64,000 bases of DNA, taken from NCBI GenBank assembly GCA_051532055.1, contig JAOPTX010000036.1, forward strand, positions 1 to 64,000, written 5' to 3'. Source of the DNA: Fibrobacterales bacterium. Its GTDB lineage: Bacteria; Fibrobacterota; Fibrobacteria; Fibrobacterales; JAOPTW01. Of the stretch, positions 15,662-26,095 are shown piece by piece. Position 1 is the stretch's first letter. Every line of letters begins with the position of its first letter. The notes below the pieces were generated by a model, which saw only the letters and a list, made by a program, of their open reading frames with translations, made no database searches and was not told the origin of the DNA. The translations under genes and the position numbers were made by a program.

Positions 15662-17362
15662 TTGATCGAAAAAATTGTTAAACCAGAAGCTGTTCGTGAT
15701 GAGACAGTCGTTACTTTTGCTGAGGCGATGAATGCGCCTCTGTTTGTTGCACAGCTTTTAACTGCTTTTAAAATTGGCGATACGGATTCCGCGCGTGCAT
15801 TTTTTCTTGCTGCGCAGAATGAACCCTATGATTCGTATCTCCTTCATGATATGGATAAGGCTGTGGCTGTTGTAATGGAAGCGCTTGAAGACGGAAGTCG
15901 CCTTGCTATTCATGGCGATTATGATGTTGATGGTATTACAGGTACTGCTCTTCTATATCGGGGACTCAAAGAATGTGGCTTTTCTAATATCACATGGTAT
16001 TTACCCGATAGATTTTCTGATGGATATGGAGTATCTATTCCCAATGTTCAAAAGCTCTACGATGAAGGTGCTCGGACTATTGTCACAGTAGATACTGGAA
16101 TCACTGCGTATGATGAATTGGCATTTGCAAAAAGCTTGGGAATGAAGGTTGTGGTTCTTGATCACCACCAAGAAGGGGATGAGTCTCCTGATGTTGATGC
16201 GGTCGTAAACCCTCATAAGTCAGTCTGCTCCTATCCATTTAATCACCTCTCTGGTGTTGGCGTTGCCTATAAGCTTCTTACCTGTGTGGCTGATAAATTA
16301 AAGATCACGGGACTTGATAAATATCTTGAGTTTGTCGCACTCGGGACCCTTGCTGATATGGTTTCGGTGTTGGGAGAGAATCGTATATTTATTAAACAGG
16401 GTATGCGTCAAATGTTTAACTCCTCTTTTCCTGGAGTAGCTGCACTGGTTACAGAGGCAGCTCTTGACGCTGAATTTCCGAGTAGTAAAGACTTGCTTTA
16501 TAAAGTAACCCCGCTCATAAACGCTGCAGGCCGTGTGGGTAAACCTGATAAAGCGTTAGAATTACTGATTAGTGAGACTGCTTCTGAAGCGCAGAGTTTA
16601 ATGGCTCAGCTTAAAACTGATAGTGCCCTACGCCGCTCTTTGGACCAACAGGTAACAGAAGAGGCTATCGCTCAGGTAGAGGGAAACCCTGATCTGATTG
16701 ATGCCAAGGTGTTAGTAGTGTGGGGCGAACAGTGGGCTCAGGGAGTCCTTGGAATAGCCGCGATTAAACTCGTCAATCGATTTAATCGACCGGTGAGTGT
16801 ATTATCCATATGTGAAGATGGTATTGCTGTTGCTTCAGCACGAAGTATTGGGGAGTTTGATTGGCATCAGGCCCTCGAGAAATCGAAAGACCTTCTTGAA
16901 CGATGGGGTGGTCATAAAATGGCTGCAGGATATTCAATCAAACGAGAAAACTTAGAGGCCTTTAGGCGTTCTGTTAATGACTATGCAAGCGAAGCGGCCT
17001 TAACAACACCTGAGTTTAATTATATCAATCCTCATGTTGCGCTCACGTTTGATGAAATAAATGAAGATACAATGCGTTGGTTACAGCGCTTTGAACCTTT
17101 TGGTACTGATAACGCACTCCCTCTTTTTTATAGTAAAAATGTAAGTGTGGGATATGAATGCCGAGTGGTTGGTGAAAGTCACCTTAAAATAGAACTGTCA
17201 CAAAGAGGCGTTTCAATTCCGTGTATAGGATTTGGACTTGGTCATCTGTGTGAAGCATTAAATGATGTGGGCCATGCGAGTGCAATTGCTTATACCATAA
17301 CCTGGAATAGGTTTCGTGGTAGACGCACTATTCAACTGCAGCTCACTGCAATAGAAGTTTAG
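15662..17362 (+). CDS. recJ: ssDNA exonuclease RecJ
   Basis: GDYDVDG, TVDTG, DHH, LGTLADMV, PLINAAGR, GGHKMAAG. Confidence 0.96.
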   Translation: MIEKIVKPEAVRDETVVTFAEAMNAPLFVAQLLTAFKIGDTDSARAFFLAAQNEPYDSYLLHDMDKAVAVVMEALEDGSRLAIHGDYDVDGITGTALLYRGLKECGFSNITWYLPDRFSDGYGVSIPNVQKLYDEGARTIVTVDTGITAYDELAFAKSLGMKVVVLDHHQEGDESPDVDAVVNPHKSVCSYPFNHLSGVGVAYKLLTCVADKLKITGLDKYLEFVALGTLADMVSVLGENRIFIKQGMRQMFNSSFPGVAALVTEAALDAEFPSSKDLLYKVTPLINAAGRVGKPDKALELLISETASEAQSLMAQLKTDSALRRSLDQQVTEEAIAQVEGNPDLIDAKVLVVWGEQWAQGVLGIAAIKLVNRFNRPVSVLSICEDGIAVASARSIGEFDWHQALEKSKDLLERWGGHKMAAGYSIKRENLEAFRRSVNDYASEAALTTPEFNYINPHVALTFDEINEDTMRWLQRFEPFGTDNALPLFYSKNVSVGYECRVVGESHLKIELSQRGVSIPCIGFGLGHLCEALNDVGHASAIAYTITWNRFRGRRTIQLQLTAIEV

Positions 17363-17370
17363 AGGAACCT

Positions 17371-18738
17371 ATGAAAGAAAAAATGTGGGAAGGACGCTTT
17401 GAAGCGTCAATGGCGAAATCAATGGAAGCACTCAGTTTCTCTCTTGAGTCTGACTTGACTATGGTGTATGAAGATGTTGAAGGAACAAAGGCCCACTGTT
17501 CGGGTTTAGTTCAATCAGGCGTTCTTACTGGAGATGAGTTAGAAATAATTGAAAAAAATATCGATCAAGTTTATGCAGATATAATATCTGGGAAAGACCT
17601 TTTTAATGAAAATGATGAAGATGTTCATATGGCTGTTGAAAGGATTCTTACAGAGCGCATTGGTGACCTCGGGAAAAAGATTCATACAGGCCGCAGTAGA
17701 AACGATCAGGTACAAACGGATTTTAAGCTGTATCAGAGAAATCGAGTAGTTGAGATCATTGACCTTATTAACTCACTACAAAAGACTGTATTCGCTATTG
17801 CTTCGGACTATAGAGATGAAATTATGCCAGGGTATACTCATGTGCAACAGGCGCAACCCATACTTTTTTCGCATTATATTCTCTCACTATTCTGGGTGCT
17901 TGATAGGGATAAAAAGCGATTTCAAAATTTTCTTGAGCTTCATAATGAGCTTCCTCTTGGGTCTGGTGCTCTTGCGGGCTCTGCATTCCCCTATGAGCGC
18001 GAACTTGTCGCTGAGAAATTGGGTTTTCCTGAGATTTCTAGAAACTCTATAGATGCTACAACTCATAGAGATTCGGCTCTCGAGTTGCTCTCAAATATAT
18101 CGATTGTTGGTTCAACATTGAGTCGATATGCAGAGGATTTTGTCAACTGGTCAACAGTGGAATTCGGGTTTCTTACTCTTCACGATGCGTTCTCTTCGGG
18201 AAGTAGCATTATGCCGCAAAAGAAAAACCCAGATTCAATGGAACTCATACGTGGGAAAGCAGGTCGACTATTTGGAAACCTTCAGGCACTCCTCTCTATT
18301 GTAAAAGGTGCACCGCTCTGTTATTCACGGGACCTTCAGGAAGATAAACTCCCCGTGTTTGATTCTGTTCAACAGATCAAAGTTATATTAGAAGTGATGG
18401 AAGGCGCCATGAAGACTGCTACGTGGAACTTTGAAACCATGTACAAAAAGATGGACCCGGCACTCCTTGCTACTGACTTAGCAGATCTATTAGTTGAAGC
18501 CGGAATACCCTTTAGAGATGCGCATCATATTGTAGGAACACTCATAGGTAAATCGGTAAAAGCAAAGTGCTCATTTTTAGACCTCTCTGATGAGGACTGG
18601 AAAGATGTACCTAATGCAGCTGAGACACGCGCCAAAATAACCTATAAGTTTTCTGTGAATCGAAGAAATATTGCTGGTGGGACTGGTGATAAATCTGTCG
18701 AAAATCAGCTAAAAGAGGCTGAAAAACGTCTAAAATAG
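17371..18738 (+). CDS. argH: Argininosuccinate lyase
   Basis: HTGRSRNDQ, PLGSGALAG, SSGSSIMPQKKNPD, PFRDAH. Confidence 0.97.
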   Translation: MKEKMWEGRFEASMAKSMEALSFSLESDLTMVYEDVEGTKAHCSGLVQSGVLTGDELEIIEKNIDQVYADIISGKDLFNENDEDVHMAVERILTERIGDLGKKIHTGRSRNDQVQTDFKLYQRNRVVEIIDLINSLQKTVFAIASDYRDEIMPGYTHVQQAQPILFSHYILSLFWVLDRDKKRFQNFLELHNELPLGSGALAGSAFPYERELVAEKLGFPEISRNSIDATTHRDSALELLSNISIVGSTLSRYAEDFVNWSTVEFGFLTLHDAFSSGSSIMPQKKNPDSMELIRGKAGRLFGNLQALLSIVKGAPLCYSRDLQEDKLPVFDSVQQIKVILEVMEGAMKTATWNFETMYKKMDPALLATDLADLLVEAGIPFRDAHHIVGTLIGKSVKAKCSFLDLSDEDWKDVPNAAETRAKITYKFSVNRRNIAGGTGDKSVENQLKEAEKRLK

Positions 18739-18747
18739 TGCAATTCT

Positions 18748-18778
18748 CCCCTAATTGTGTGAACAATTGGGGGTTTTT
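18748..18778 (+). terminator. Probable intrinsic terminator after argH
   Basis: CCCCTAATTG...CAATTGGGGG followed by TTTTT. Confidence 0.6.
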
Positions 18779-18814
18779 ATTACTTTTACTCTGCAATAAA
18801 TTAAGGAACTTTTC

Positions 18815-19654
18815 ATGGAATGGTTTAAAAGATCTAAGTCAGGTGTAGCAACCACAGAAAAACGGGATACTCCCACTAATCTCTGGTTAAAATGTGACGA
18901 TTGTAAAGAAGTAGTTTATAGAAAAGAACTTGAGAAAACAGCTTCAGTATGCCCTAACTGCTCTTATCATTTTAAAATTTCAGCAATGGAATATATTGAT
19001 ATTTTAATTGATGAAGGTACCTTCTTTGAGATGGACGAAAACCTTGAAGCAAATGACCCGTTGAAATTTAATGCAAAGAAAAAATATAGAGATAGCTTGA
19101 ATAATGCTATGACAAAGACTGGTCGAAAAAATGGCGTCGTTTCGGGTGTTGGTGAAATGAATGGCAGTAAAGTTGCAATTGGTGTAATGGATTTTGCATT
19201 TGTTGGCGGATCAATGGGATCTGTAGAAGGCGAGAAAATTGCTCGTGTATTCAAGAAAGCTCTCGAGCTTAAAACCCCTGCTATTATACTTTCAGCATCT
19301 GGTGGTGCACGTATGCAAGAGGGTGCACTTTCTTTGATGCAGATGGCAAAAACCGCAGCATTTCTTGCCCGTATGAATGAACAAAAACTTCCATATGTAT
19401 CAGTGTGTACCAATCCAACGACAGGTGGTGTTACTGCATCTTACGCAATGCTTGGAGATATCAATATTGCTGAACCTGGTGCGCTCATTGGATTTGCAGG
19501 TGCTCGGGTTATTCGTGAGACTATTATGCAAAATCTTCCTGAAGGATTTCAGTCTGCAGAATTTGTAGAGAAAAAAGGGTTCCTCGACTTTATCACACCT
19601 CGAAATGAGATGAAATCACGTATATCTTTGATGCTTGAGTACTTCGGCTTTTAA
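18815..19654 (+). CDS. accD: Acetyl-CoA carboxylase carboxyltransferase beta subunit
   Basis: LWLKCDDC...CPNC zinc ribbon, GGSMGS, SGGARMQEG, PTTGGVTAS, LPEGFQSAEF. Confidence 0.97.
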   Translation: MEWFKRSKSGVATTEKRDTPTNLWLKCDDCKEVVYRKELEKTASVCPNCSYHFKISAMEYIDILIDEGTFFEMDENLEANDPLKFNAKKKYRDSLNNAMTKTGRKNGVVSGVGEMNGSKVAIGVMDFAFVGGSMGSVEGEKIARVFKKALELKTPAIILSASGGARMQEGALSLMQMAKTAAFLARMNEQKLPYVSVCTNPTTGGVTASYAMLGDINIAEPGALIGFAGARVIRETIMQNLPEGFQSAEFVEKKGFLDFITPRNEMKSRISLMLEYFGF

Positions 19655-19694
19655 TAAAAATTAAGCCTCTCAACACAAACTAAATATCATTACT

Positions 19695-19726
19695 AAGGAA
19701 CTTCAATTGAGGTTCCTTCTTTATTT
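19695..19726 (+). terminator. Terminator between convergent accD and cyclase genes
   Basis: AAGGAACTTCAATTGAGGTTCCTT followed by a T-rich tail. Confidence 0.6.
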
Positions 19727-19773
19727 AATTGGATATGGTGATCAGTACTTCGGTAGGACACCGAAGGGTACTT

Positions 19774-21027
19774 TTAAGAGGGAAGGGTCGGCTCTAGAAG
19801 CCATGCCTTCATACTCTCTCTATTCTTTATTGGAATATATCCCCGAGGGCTGTATGAGAAGATGTCTTTTGTTTTATTAACAACGGTTTCTGTCACTTGA
19901 ATGCGGTTGCGTACTCCATGGGATTCCATTCGGCTGGCCGTATTAATAGTTATTCCCCAAAAATCATAGGTGTATTTGTGTGTGCCGATTATACCAGCAA
20001 TGGCGCTGCCAGTATCAATACCAATCCGTATGCCTAAATCTGTTTTAAACTCTCGATTAAGACTCTCAACATTCTGGAGAACGTCCTGACCAAAGGTAAT
20101 ACAGCGCTCTAAATGGTCTTTGGAAGGAAGAGGGCCTCCTCCAATAACCATGTAAGAGTCTCCAATGGTTTTTATTTTCTCAAGTCCATGGGTTTCACAG
20201 AGTTCATCAAGATCCGTAAAAAAGGTATCAAGGAGGGTAACAACTTGAGATGGCTGACGTTCACGAGTGAGTTTAGTAAAGCCCGAAAGGTTGGCAAACA
20301 TGACGCTCACATCATCAAAACTATTTACAATGTTTCTCTCACCATTTTTGAGGCGGTTTGCAATTTTTTTAGGGAATGTGTTATAGAGGAGTGAGTCAGA
20401 ACGTTTAATCTCATTTTCAATTGAGAAGTGTTTGAGGTAAATTTTTTGAGTAACAATATTTGTAGAAAGTGACTTTACTGTGCCAATAAGAATGGTGCCA
20501 CAGAGCAAGCTATTAATCTCGAGTACTCGAGCTGCAAAAAATGAGTAGTTAGAGTTGGCCCAAACCACGACCCAAAAAATTGCCATATAAATAAAACTAT
20601 GGATTATAATGGTTCGGTAGCTGAGTGGAATAAAGAGGGTCCAAAAAAGTAAGAGGAGGTTCATCCGGAACCAGTATGAACTTTCTATTCCTCCGGAATA
20701 ATGGGTTAGGTAGGCACAGTAAACTGCTGCAATATAAAAGGCAGCAAAAACTAAGAATTTAGTGAAAAGTGGTTTGCGCGTGAGAAGGAGCCCGGCAGTC
20801 AGTGATATAGAGCATAAACCACCAACGATTCGAACATTGAGGAGTACAGCAGCATCCATCCCCTCTGTTAGGTATTCCTGAATGTGGAGTCCTACGATTA
20901 ATAATGTTGCAACAATGGTAACGACTAAACCATAATACCTGAGATGTCGTTCGCGGTAGAGTACGAATGAATCATCACGATTGTATCGATTAACTTCTTT
21001 AAGTGCTTGGGCAAGGGCAGTTATCAT
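19774..21027 (-). CDS. Membrane class III adenylate cyclase A (first metal-binding Asp replaced by Asn)
   Basis: About 6 TM segments; LLYNTFP helix; FANLSGFT, KIKTIGDSYM, YDFWG, NTASRMES. Confidence 0.88.
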   Translation of the reverse strand: MITALAQALKEVNRYNRDDSFVLYRERHLRYYGLVVTIVATLLIVGLHIQEYLTEGMDAAVLLNVRIVGGLCSISLTAGLLLTRKPLFTKFLVFAAFYIAAVYCAYLTHYSGGIESSYWFRMNLLLLFWTLFIPLSYRTIIIHSFIYMAIFWVVVWANSNYSFFAARVLEINSLLCGTILIGTVKSLSTNIVTQKIYLKHFSIENEIKRSDSLLYNTFPKKIANRLKNGERNIVNSFDDVSVMFANLSGFTKLTRERQPSQVVTLLDTFFTDLDELCETHGLEKIKTIGDSYMVIGGGPLPSKDHLERCITFGQDVLQNVESLNREFKTDLGIRIGIDTGSAIAGIIGTHKYTYDFWGITINTASRMESHGVRNRIQVTETVVNKTKDIFSYSPRGYIPIKNRESMKAWLLEPTLPS

Positions 21028-22271
21028 TATCCGACCTCTAAAAAATAGGTTTCGATAGAGTCTTCGCTATCAAGTTCAATTGAGTGCGCTTCATTATAGG
21101 TGAAACCAATACTACATTGCTTGGTGACTGCTTTAGATACCAGGATTTGATTGGGGCTGCTGTATTTTTCAAGTTTGTTCGCGACATTTACGGTTGCACC
21201 CCAAATGTCGTAAGAGAACTTTCTTTTACCTATTACACCTGCAATAGCAGGACCAGTATGGACCCCAATTCTTATTTGAAGTGAGAGTTGGTAGTCAATA
21301 TTCACCTGCGCAACAACATCAAGCATCTCTTGTGCAAGGAAGAGGGTGCGTTCAGTGTGGCTTGCAGTGTATTGTGGTGCGCCCCCCACAACCATATAAC
21401 TATCACCTATGGTTTTTATCTTTTCAAGAGAGTACTTTTCACACAGGGTGTCAAAACCGGAAAAAATAGAGTTGAGAACAGCAACAACAAGTTCTGGAGG
21501 TTGTTCCTGAGAAAATCGAGTAAACCCAACAACATCTGAAAAAAGTACCGTTATAAGGTCATGGGTCTCAACAATTTTATGACTCTTTAGCTTGAGCTTT
21601 TGTGCTATAGCATCAGGGAGTATGTTGAGCAGAAGCCTTTCAGTGCGTTGGACTTCGTGGGTAAGGGTTGATTGCTTTTCAAAAAGTTCTATTGAATCAA
21701 GGTTGGTAACAATGGATTTTGTAGCTCCTATTGAGAGTGTTCCTAAAAAGAGGAGGTTGATCTCAATAAAGCGTTCAGTTGTAACAGGGCTGACTTCAAT
21801 GCTATAAATTATGATCCAAAAAAGGACTATGTAGAGGGCGCCATGAAATACGATTTTTTTGTAGGGGAACTGCATGAACATGAGCCAAAAAAGGAGTATG
21901 AAGTTGATTCCATACCAGTACGAGTTATGAATACCTCCTGATTGATTCGTCCAATATCCAATAAAAAATGTGGTTATATAAAAAGCGGACATTATATAGG
22001 TGTTGGTACGGGCAGCTGATTTACTGCGATATATTAACACTCCAACTATGGCGAGTACTGTTGCTGCAAACACTCGGGTTCTGAGGAGTTCGTATTTATT
22101 CGGAAGGTCGGTAATGATGTCTTGATAGTGAAAGCCAAGAACCATAGTAAGGCCTACAAAGGCCATGATTACACCATAAATTTGATTATGTCGCTCCCTG
22201 AACTGTCTGAATTCAGGATTTTTGTTTGCGATGTTAATCTTTGTAAAGGTCTCTTTAAACTGGGTAAGCAT
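21027..22271 (-). CDS. Membrane class III adenylate cyclase B (catalytic Arg replaced by Lys)
   Basis: About 6 TM segments; LLLNILP helix; FSDVVGFT, KIKTIGDSYM, YDIWG, NVANKLE. Confidence 0.88.
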   Translation of the reverse strand: MLTQFKETFTKINIANKNPEFRQFRERHNQIYGVIMAFVGLTMVLGFHYQDIITDLPNKYELLRTRVFAATVLAIVGVLIYRSKSAARTNTYIMSAFYITTFFIGYWTNQSGGIHNSYWYGINFILLFWLMFMQFPYKKIVFHGALYIVLFWIIIYSIEVSPVTTERFIEINLLFLGTLSIGATKSIVTNLDSIELFEKQSTLTHEVQRTERLLLNILPDAIAQKLKLKSHKIVETHDLITVLFSDVVGFTRFSQEQPPELVVAVLNSIFSGFDTLCEKYSLEKIKTIGDSYMVVGGAPQYTASHTERTLFLAQEMLDVVAQVNIDYQLSLQIRIGVHTGPAIAGVIGKRKFSYDIWGATVNVANKLEKYSSPNQILVSKAVTKQCSIGFTYNEAHSIELDSEDSIETYFLEVG

Positions 22272-22384
22272 AATAGTGAGCTGAGAAGCTTAGGTGTATA
22301 TGGTTTGGTTGTACTATAATAGGAATTAATTAGTACTATGGGAATGTACTGTGATAAATTAGCAGATAATACATGATGAAATTG

Positions 22385-23470
22385 TTACCCGTTGGTCAAG
22401 ATATTTGTAATCTTTTCAACTTCTTTTTGAGTAAGAAATGCATTCATCGGAAGACAGATAATTTCTTGTGCAACCTGTTCAGAAATAGGGAAAGCTCCTT
22501 CTGTATATCCTAGCGATGAAAATGCCTCTTGGAGATGGAGGGGGATGGCGTAATGAAGTGCTGTTGGAACTCCCGCTTCAGTTAAAAGGGATACAACGTG
22601 TGCGCGTTCTGTAGCACGGATGGCATATTGTGCCCAGGTGGAGGTTGATTGAGGACGGATGACAGGGGCTATAATAGAACTTGATTGAAGGGTAGAAGTG
22701 TACCACTGAGCCACTTGTTGGCGTGCGGCGAGTTCTTCGGAGTAATATTTTAGTTTAATAGAGAGAACTGCTGCTTGTATGCTATCGAGCCGACTGTTTA
22801 TTCCTGGAGTTTTATAGGTGTATGGTTTTGATTGCCCATGATTTTTTATGCGTTTGATTTTCTCGACATCATCAGGATTTTCACAAAAAACCGCTCCGCC
22901 ATCACCGTAGCATCCTAATGGTTTAGAGGGATAAAAACTTGTTGTTGCAAACGGACTTAACGCACCACTTTGTATTCCTTGAAACGTTGCACCTAAGCTC
23001 TGTGCAGCATCTTCAATCACTATCAGGTTATGTTGCGCAGCAATGCTATTGATAGCAGTCATGTGTGCTGTTTGCCCAAAAATACTAACGGGAAGTATTG
23101 CTTTGGTGTTAGGGGTTATTGCTGCTTCGATCAACTGGTGATCGATAGTAAAATAAGTAGGGTCTATATCTACAAAGACGGGAATAGCACCAATGTGTGT
23201 AATCATCTCTACGGTAGCAATAAAGGTAAATGGTGTCGTTATTACTTCATCTCCAGGCTGAATCCCTGAAGCAAGGAGGGTAAGATATAGAGCGTCGGTA
23301 CCATTGGCACAGGTAACAGCGTTTACCCCGGTGAATGTCGAAAGTTGGTCTTCAAGATGGTCAACGGTCGGTCCTCCAATATAAACTCCAGAGGATAGTA
23401 TCGTAGCGATACTTGAGTCGATTTCCTGTTTATAGGCTTGATATTGATACTTTAAGTTACAAAAGTCCAT
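22385..23470 (-). CDS. DegT/DnrJ/EryC1/StrS sugar aminotransferase (WbpE-like)
   Basis: ANGTDAL, EDAAQSLGA, SFYPSKPLGCYGDGG, NSRLD; start taken at MDFCNLK. Confidence 0.88.
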   Translation of the reverse strand: MDFCNLKYQYQAYKQEIDSSIATILSSGVYIGGPTVDHLEDQLSTFTGVNAVTCANGTDALYLTLLASGIQPGDEVITTPFTFIATVEMITHIGAIPVFVDIDPTYFTIDHQLIEAAITPNTKAILPVSIFGQTAHMTAINSIAAQHNLIVIEDAAQSLGATFQGIQSGALSPFATTSFYPSKPLGCYGDGGAVFCENPDDVEKIKRIKNHGQSKPYTYKTPGINSRLDSIQAAVLSIKLKYYSEELAARQQVAQWYTSTLQSSSIIAPVIRPQSTSTWAQYAIRATERAHVVSLLTEAGVPTALHYAIPLHLQEAFSSLGYTEGAFPISEQVAQEIICLPMNAFLTQKEVEKITNILTNG

Positions 23471-23471
23471 A

Positions 23472-24770
23472 CTACTTAACCTCGTTGCTATCTGGGGAGA
23501 GATTTCGAAACCATGCAAGGTCATCGTATTCTTCTTTAAGAAGTTCTATAAGGTCTCCCATAAAATAGAGTGAACCAGTAACAATAATGGGCTCAGTGAG
23601 GGTGGTGCAGTGGTGGAGAGCTTCTGGAATAGTTGTGCAAAGGGTGCATGGTTGAGTAAATGAATGTTTGAGAATTTCTGGAGGTGAAGATTTGGCGTGG
23701 CTACTTTGAGTGAGGATAATAGTATGGGCAAGAGGCTCTATTAATTGGGCAATTGCAGAGAAGTCTTTGTCTTCAAGAGCAGAGAGTATGAATGTAAATT
23801 TTTTGTTTGGGTACAGTTGTGTAAGGCTCTTAACAAGCGCTGTACTCCCAGCAGGGTTGTGAGCGCCATCTAAAATAAATGTCGGTTTAGACTCTTGTGC
23901 AATAGAATGCATGCGGGCTGGCCACTGAGCTGAAGAAATTGCCCTGCGTGCTGTTGTTGTACTAAAGTTTTGGAGTACTGTTTCGCAGATTGAAAGAGCT
24001 ACAAGGGCGTTTTCTTGGTAATGCATTCCAGGGTTTTTAAGAGACACATCGGTTACTCTATTCTGGTTTAATGAGAGGGATGTCGTACCCTGTGTAGAAT
24101 CTATCATGGCTCTATTGCACAGAGTGAGTGGCGCAGAGTTACTGAGGCACTGATCGTGGGCAATAGATTGGAGTGATTCTTGTTTAAGAAATGCAATATG
24201 GGGTACACTGGGCTTTATGATGCCCAATTTTTCTTTGGTAATCTCTTCAAGGGTAGTTCCTAATATTGCTGTATGGTCAAGGGCGATACTGGTAGTGGCT
24301 GTGCAAATACTCTTGCAAATGTTTGTTGAATCAAGTCTTCCGCCAAGGCCTACCTCTATAACAGCATAATCTACATTCTGTTCTTGGAAATAACAGAAGG
24401 CCATAGCAGTAATTGTTTCGAAAAAGGTGGCTTCAATGTCGTGTGAAGCTGCGGCAACTTTTTGAGTTAATACCGTGAATGCTTCTTCAGATATTACTTC
24501 TGAGCCAATTCGAAGTCGTTCACGAACCGAAATGAGGTGAGGTGAGGTGAAAAGTCCGACTCGATAGCCATGTGCCGAAATAACAGATTGAGTATAGAGT
24601 GATGTTGAACCTTTTCCATTCGTTCCTCCAATGTGAATACACTTTAGAGAGTCTTGAGGATTGTCAAGCTGATCACATAATTGTGTAATGTTGTCTAAGC
24701 CAGACTTCATTCCAAATTGTATGCGAGAAAAGAGGTACTCTTTTGCGGAGGTAAAAGTATCGATAATCAT
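23472..24770 (-). CDS. folC: Folylpolyglutamate synthase / dihydrofolate synthase
   Basis: HIGGTNGKGS, FTSPHL, EVGLGGRLDSTN, LDGAHN; start taken at MIIDT. Confidence 0.93.
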   Translation of the reverse strand: MIIDTFTSAKEYLFSRIQFGMKSGLDNITQLCDQLDNPQDSLKCIHIGGTNGKGSTSLYTQSVISAHGYRVGLFTSPHLISVRERLRIGSEVISEEAFTVLTQKVAAASHDIEATFFETITAMAFCYFQEQNVDYAVIEVGLGGRLDSTNICKSICTATTSIALDHTAILGTTLEEITKEKLGIIKPSVPHIAFLKQESLQSIAHDQCLSNSAPLTLCNRAMIDSTQGTTSLSLNQNRVTDVSLKNPGMHYQENALVALSICETVLQNFSTTTARRAISSAQWPARMHSIAQESKPTFILDGAHNPAGSTALVKSLTQLYPNKKFTFILSALEDKDFSAIAQLIEPLAHTIILTQSSHAKSSPPEILKHSFTQPCTLCTTIPEALHHCTTLTEPIIVTGSLYFMGDLIELLKEEYDDLAWFRNLSPDSNEVK

Positions 24771-25111
24771 GGAGTAAATGTAAAAAATGGGATTTGGAGT
24801 ATCATGTATAATTGTGTATTTATGGTAGATTGGGGGAAATAGCAGATGTTTGTTTTGGGTACTTCTCTGTGACCACCAGAGAGATGGGCAAGACAATGGT
24901 CAAAAATAGTAATTTATCAATTAATGCCTTAAGCCGCGTAGAAAAAATGCCGTAAATAACATGAGAGTCTATTCTACTTGAGTAAAAATCGAGTACCCTT
25001 TCTTAAGTGTTAAAACGCTAAATAATTGTTGTAGCAGCACGACAGTAAAAAAACTAAATAACAAACCAAAATAAACTATAATTAAAATTAGCCCATTAAT
25101 AAGTAGCATCT

Positions 25112-26095
25112 ATGTTTAACAATAAAAAAATCCTCATCACAGGTGGTACAGGATCATTTGGTAATAAGTTTATACAAATGACTCTCGAGAAATATAATCC
25201 TGCAAAAATTGTGATTTTCTCTCGCGATGAGATGAAACAGTGGGATATGGCGAAAAGATTTGGCCATGATAAACGATTACGTTTTTTTATTGGCGATGTA
25301 CGAGATCGCGATAGACTGTACCGCGCTATGAATGGTATTGATTATGTTGTTCATGCTGCAGCATTAAAAATTGTACCAACCGCAGAATATAACCCCTTTG
25401 AATATATCAAAACTAATATTAATGGAGCAATGAATGTTATCGATGCTGCGATTGACTGTGGTATCACGAAGGTAGTAGCGTTATCGACAGATAAAGCGTG
25501 TAACCCGATTAATTTGTATGGTGCCACAAAACTGTGCTCGGATAAACTATTTGTTGCGGGCAATGCCTATACAGGAGAGCATAAAACAAAATTTTCGGTG
25601 GTTCGTTATGGGAATGTTATGTGTAGTAGGGGGTCGGTGATTCCACTCTTTATTGATCAGGCGAAAAAGGGCAAAATTACAATTACTGACCCTAATATGA
25701 CTCGCTTTATGATTACCCTTGAACAAGGCGTTGATTTAGTCTGGAAAGCTCTAGAGGAAAGTAACGGGGGAGAGATTTTTGTAAAAAAAATCCCTTCAAT
25801 GAAAGTCGGGAAAATTGCAAACGCCATAGCGCCAGAGGCAAAAATAGATATTATAGGGGTACGGCCAGGAGAAAAACAGCACGAATTGATGATTGCTACT
25901 GAAGACGCGCCTTATACTAGGGAGTTCGATGATTGCTTTATTATATATTCCCGTATTCAAGAGAATGATACAGAGCAAATAGAACAAATGGGAAAAATTG
26001 TCGCGCCTGATTTTAGATATTCAAGTGAAAATAATACTGAATGGATGACTCGTATTGAACTTCAAAAATGGTTGGGTTCCGAAGGGTATGTATGA
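25112..26095 (+). CDS. pseB: UDP-GlcNAc 4,6-dehydratase (inverting)
   Basis: TGGTGSFG, FSRDEMKQ, HAAALKIVPTAEYNPFE, STDKACNPINLYGATK, RYGNV. Confidence 0.93.
   Translation: MFNNKKILITGGTGSFGNKFIQMTLEKYNPAKIVIFSRDEMKQWDMAKRFGHDKRLRFFIGDVRDRDRLYRAMNGIDYVVHAAALKIVPTAEYNPFEYIKTNINGAMNVIDAAIDCGITKVVALSTDKACNPINLYGATKLCSDKLFVAGNAYTGEHKTKFSVVRYGNVMCSRGSVIPLFIDQAKKGKITITDPNMTRFMITLEQGVDLVWKALEESNGGEIFVKKIPSMKVGKIANAIAPEAKIDIIGVRPGEKQHELMIATEDAPYTREFDDCFIIYSRIQENDTEQIEQMGKIVAPDFRYSSENNTEWMTRIELQKWLGSEGYV

Noticed and set aside
24771..25111. Possible sigma28 promoter for the pse cluster; long upstream extension of the folC ORF
   Set aside because: No convincing TAAAG-N11/13-CGA match; the folC extension is not FolC-like.
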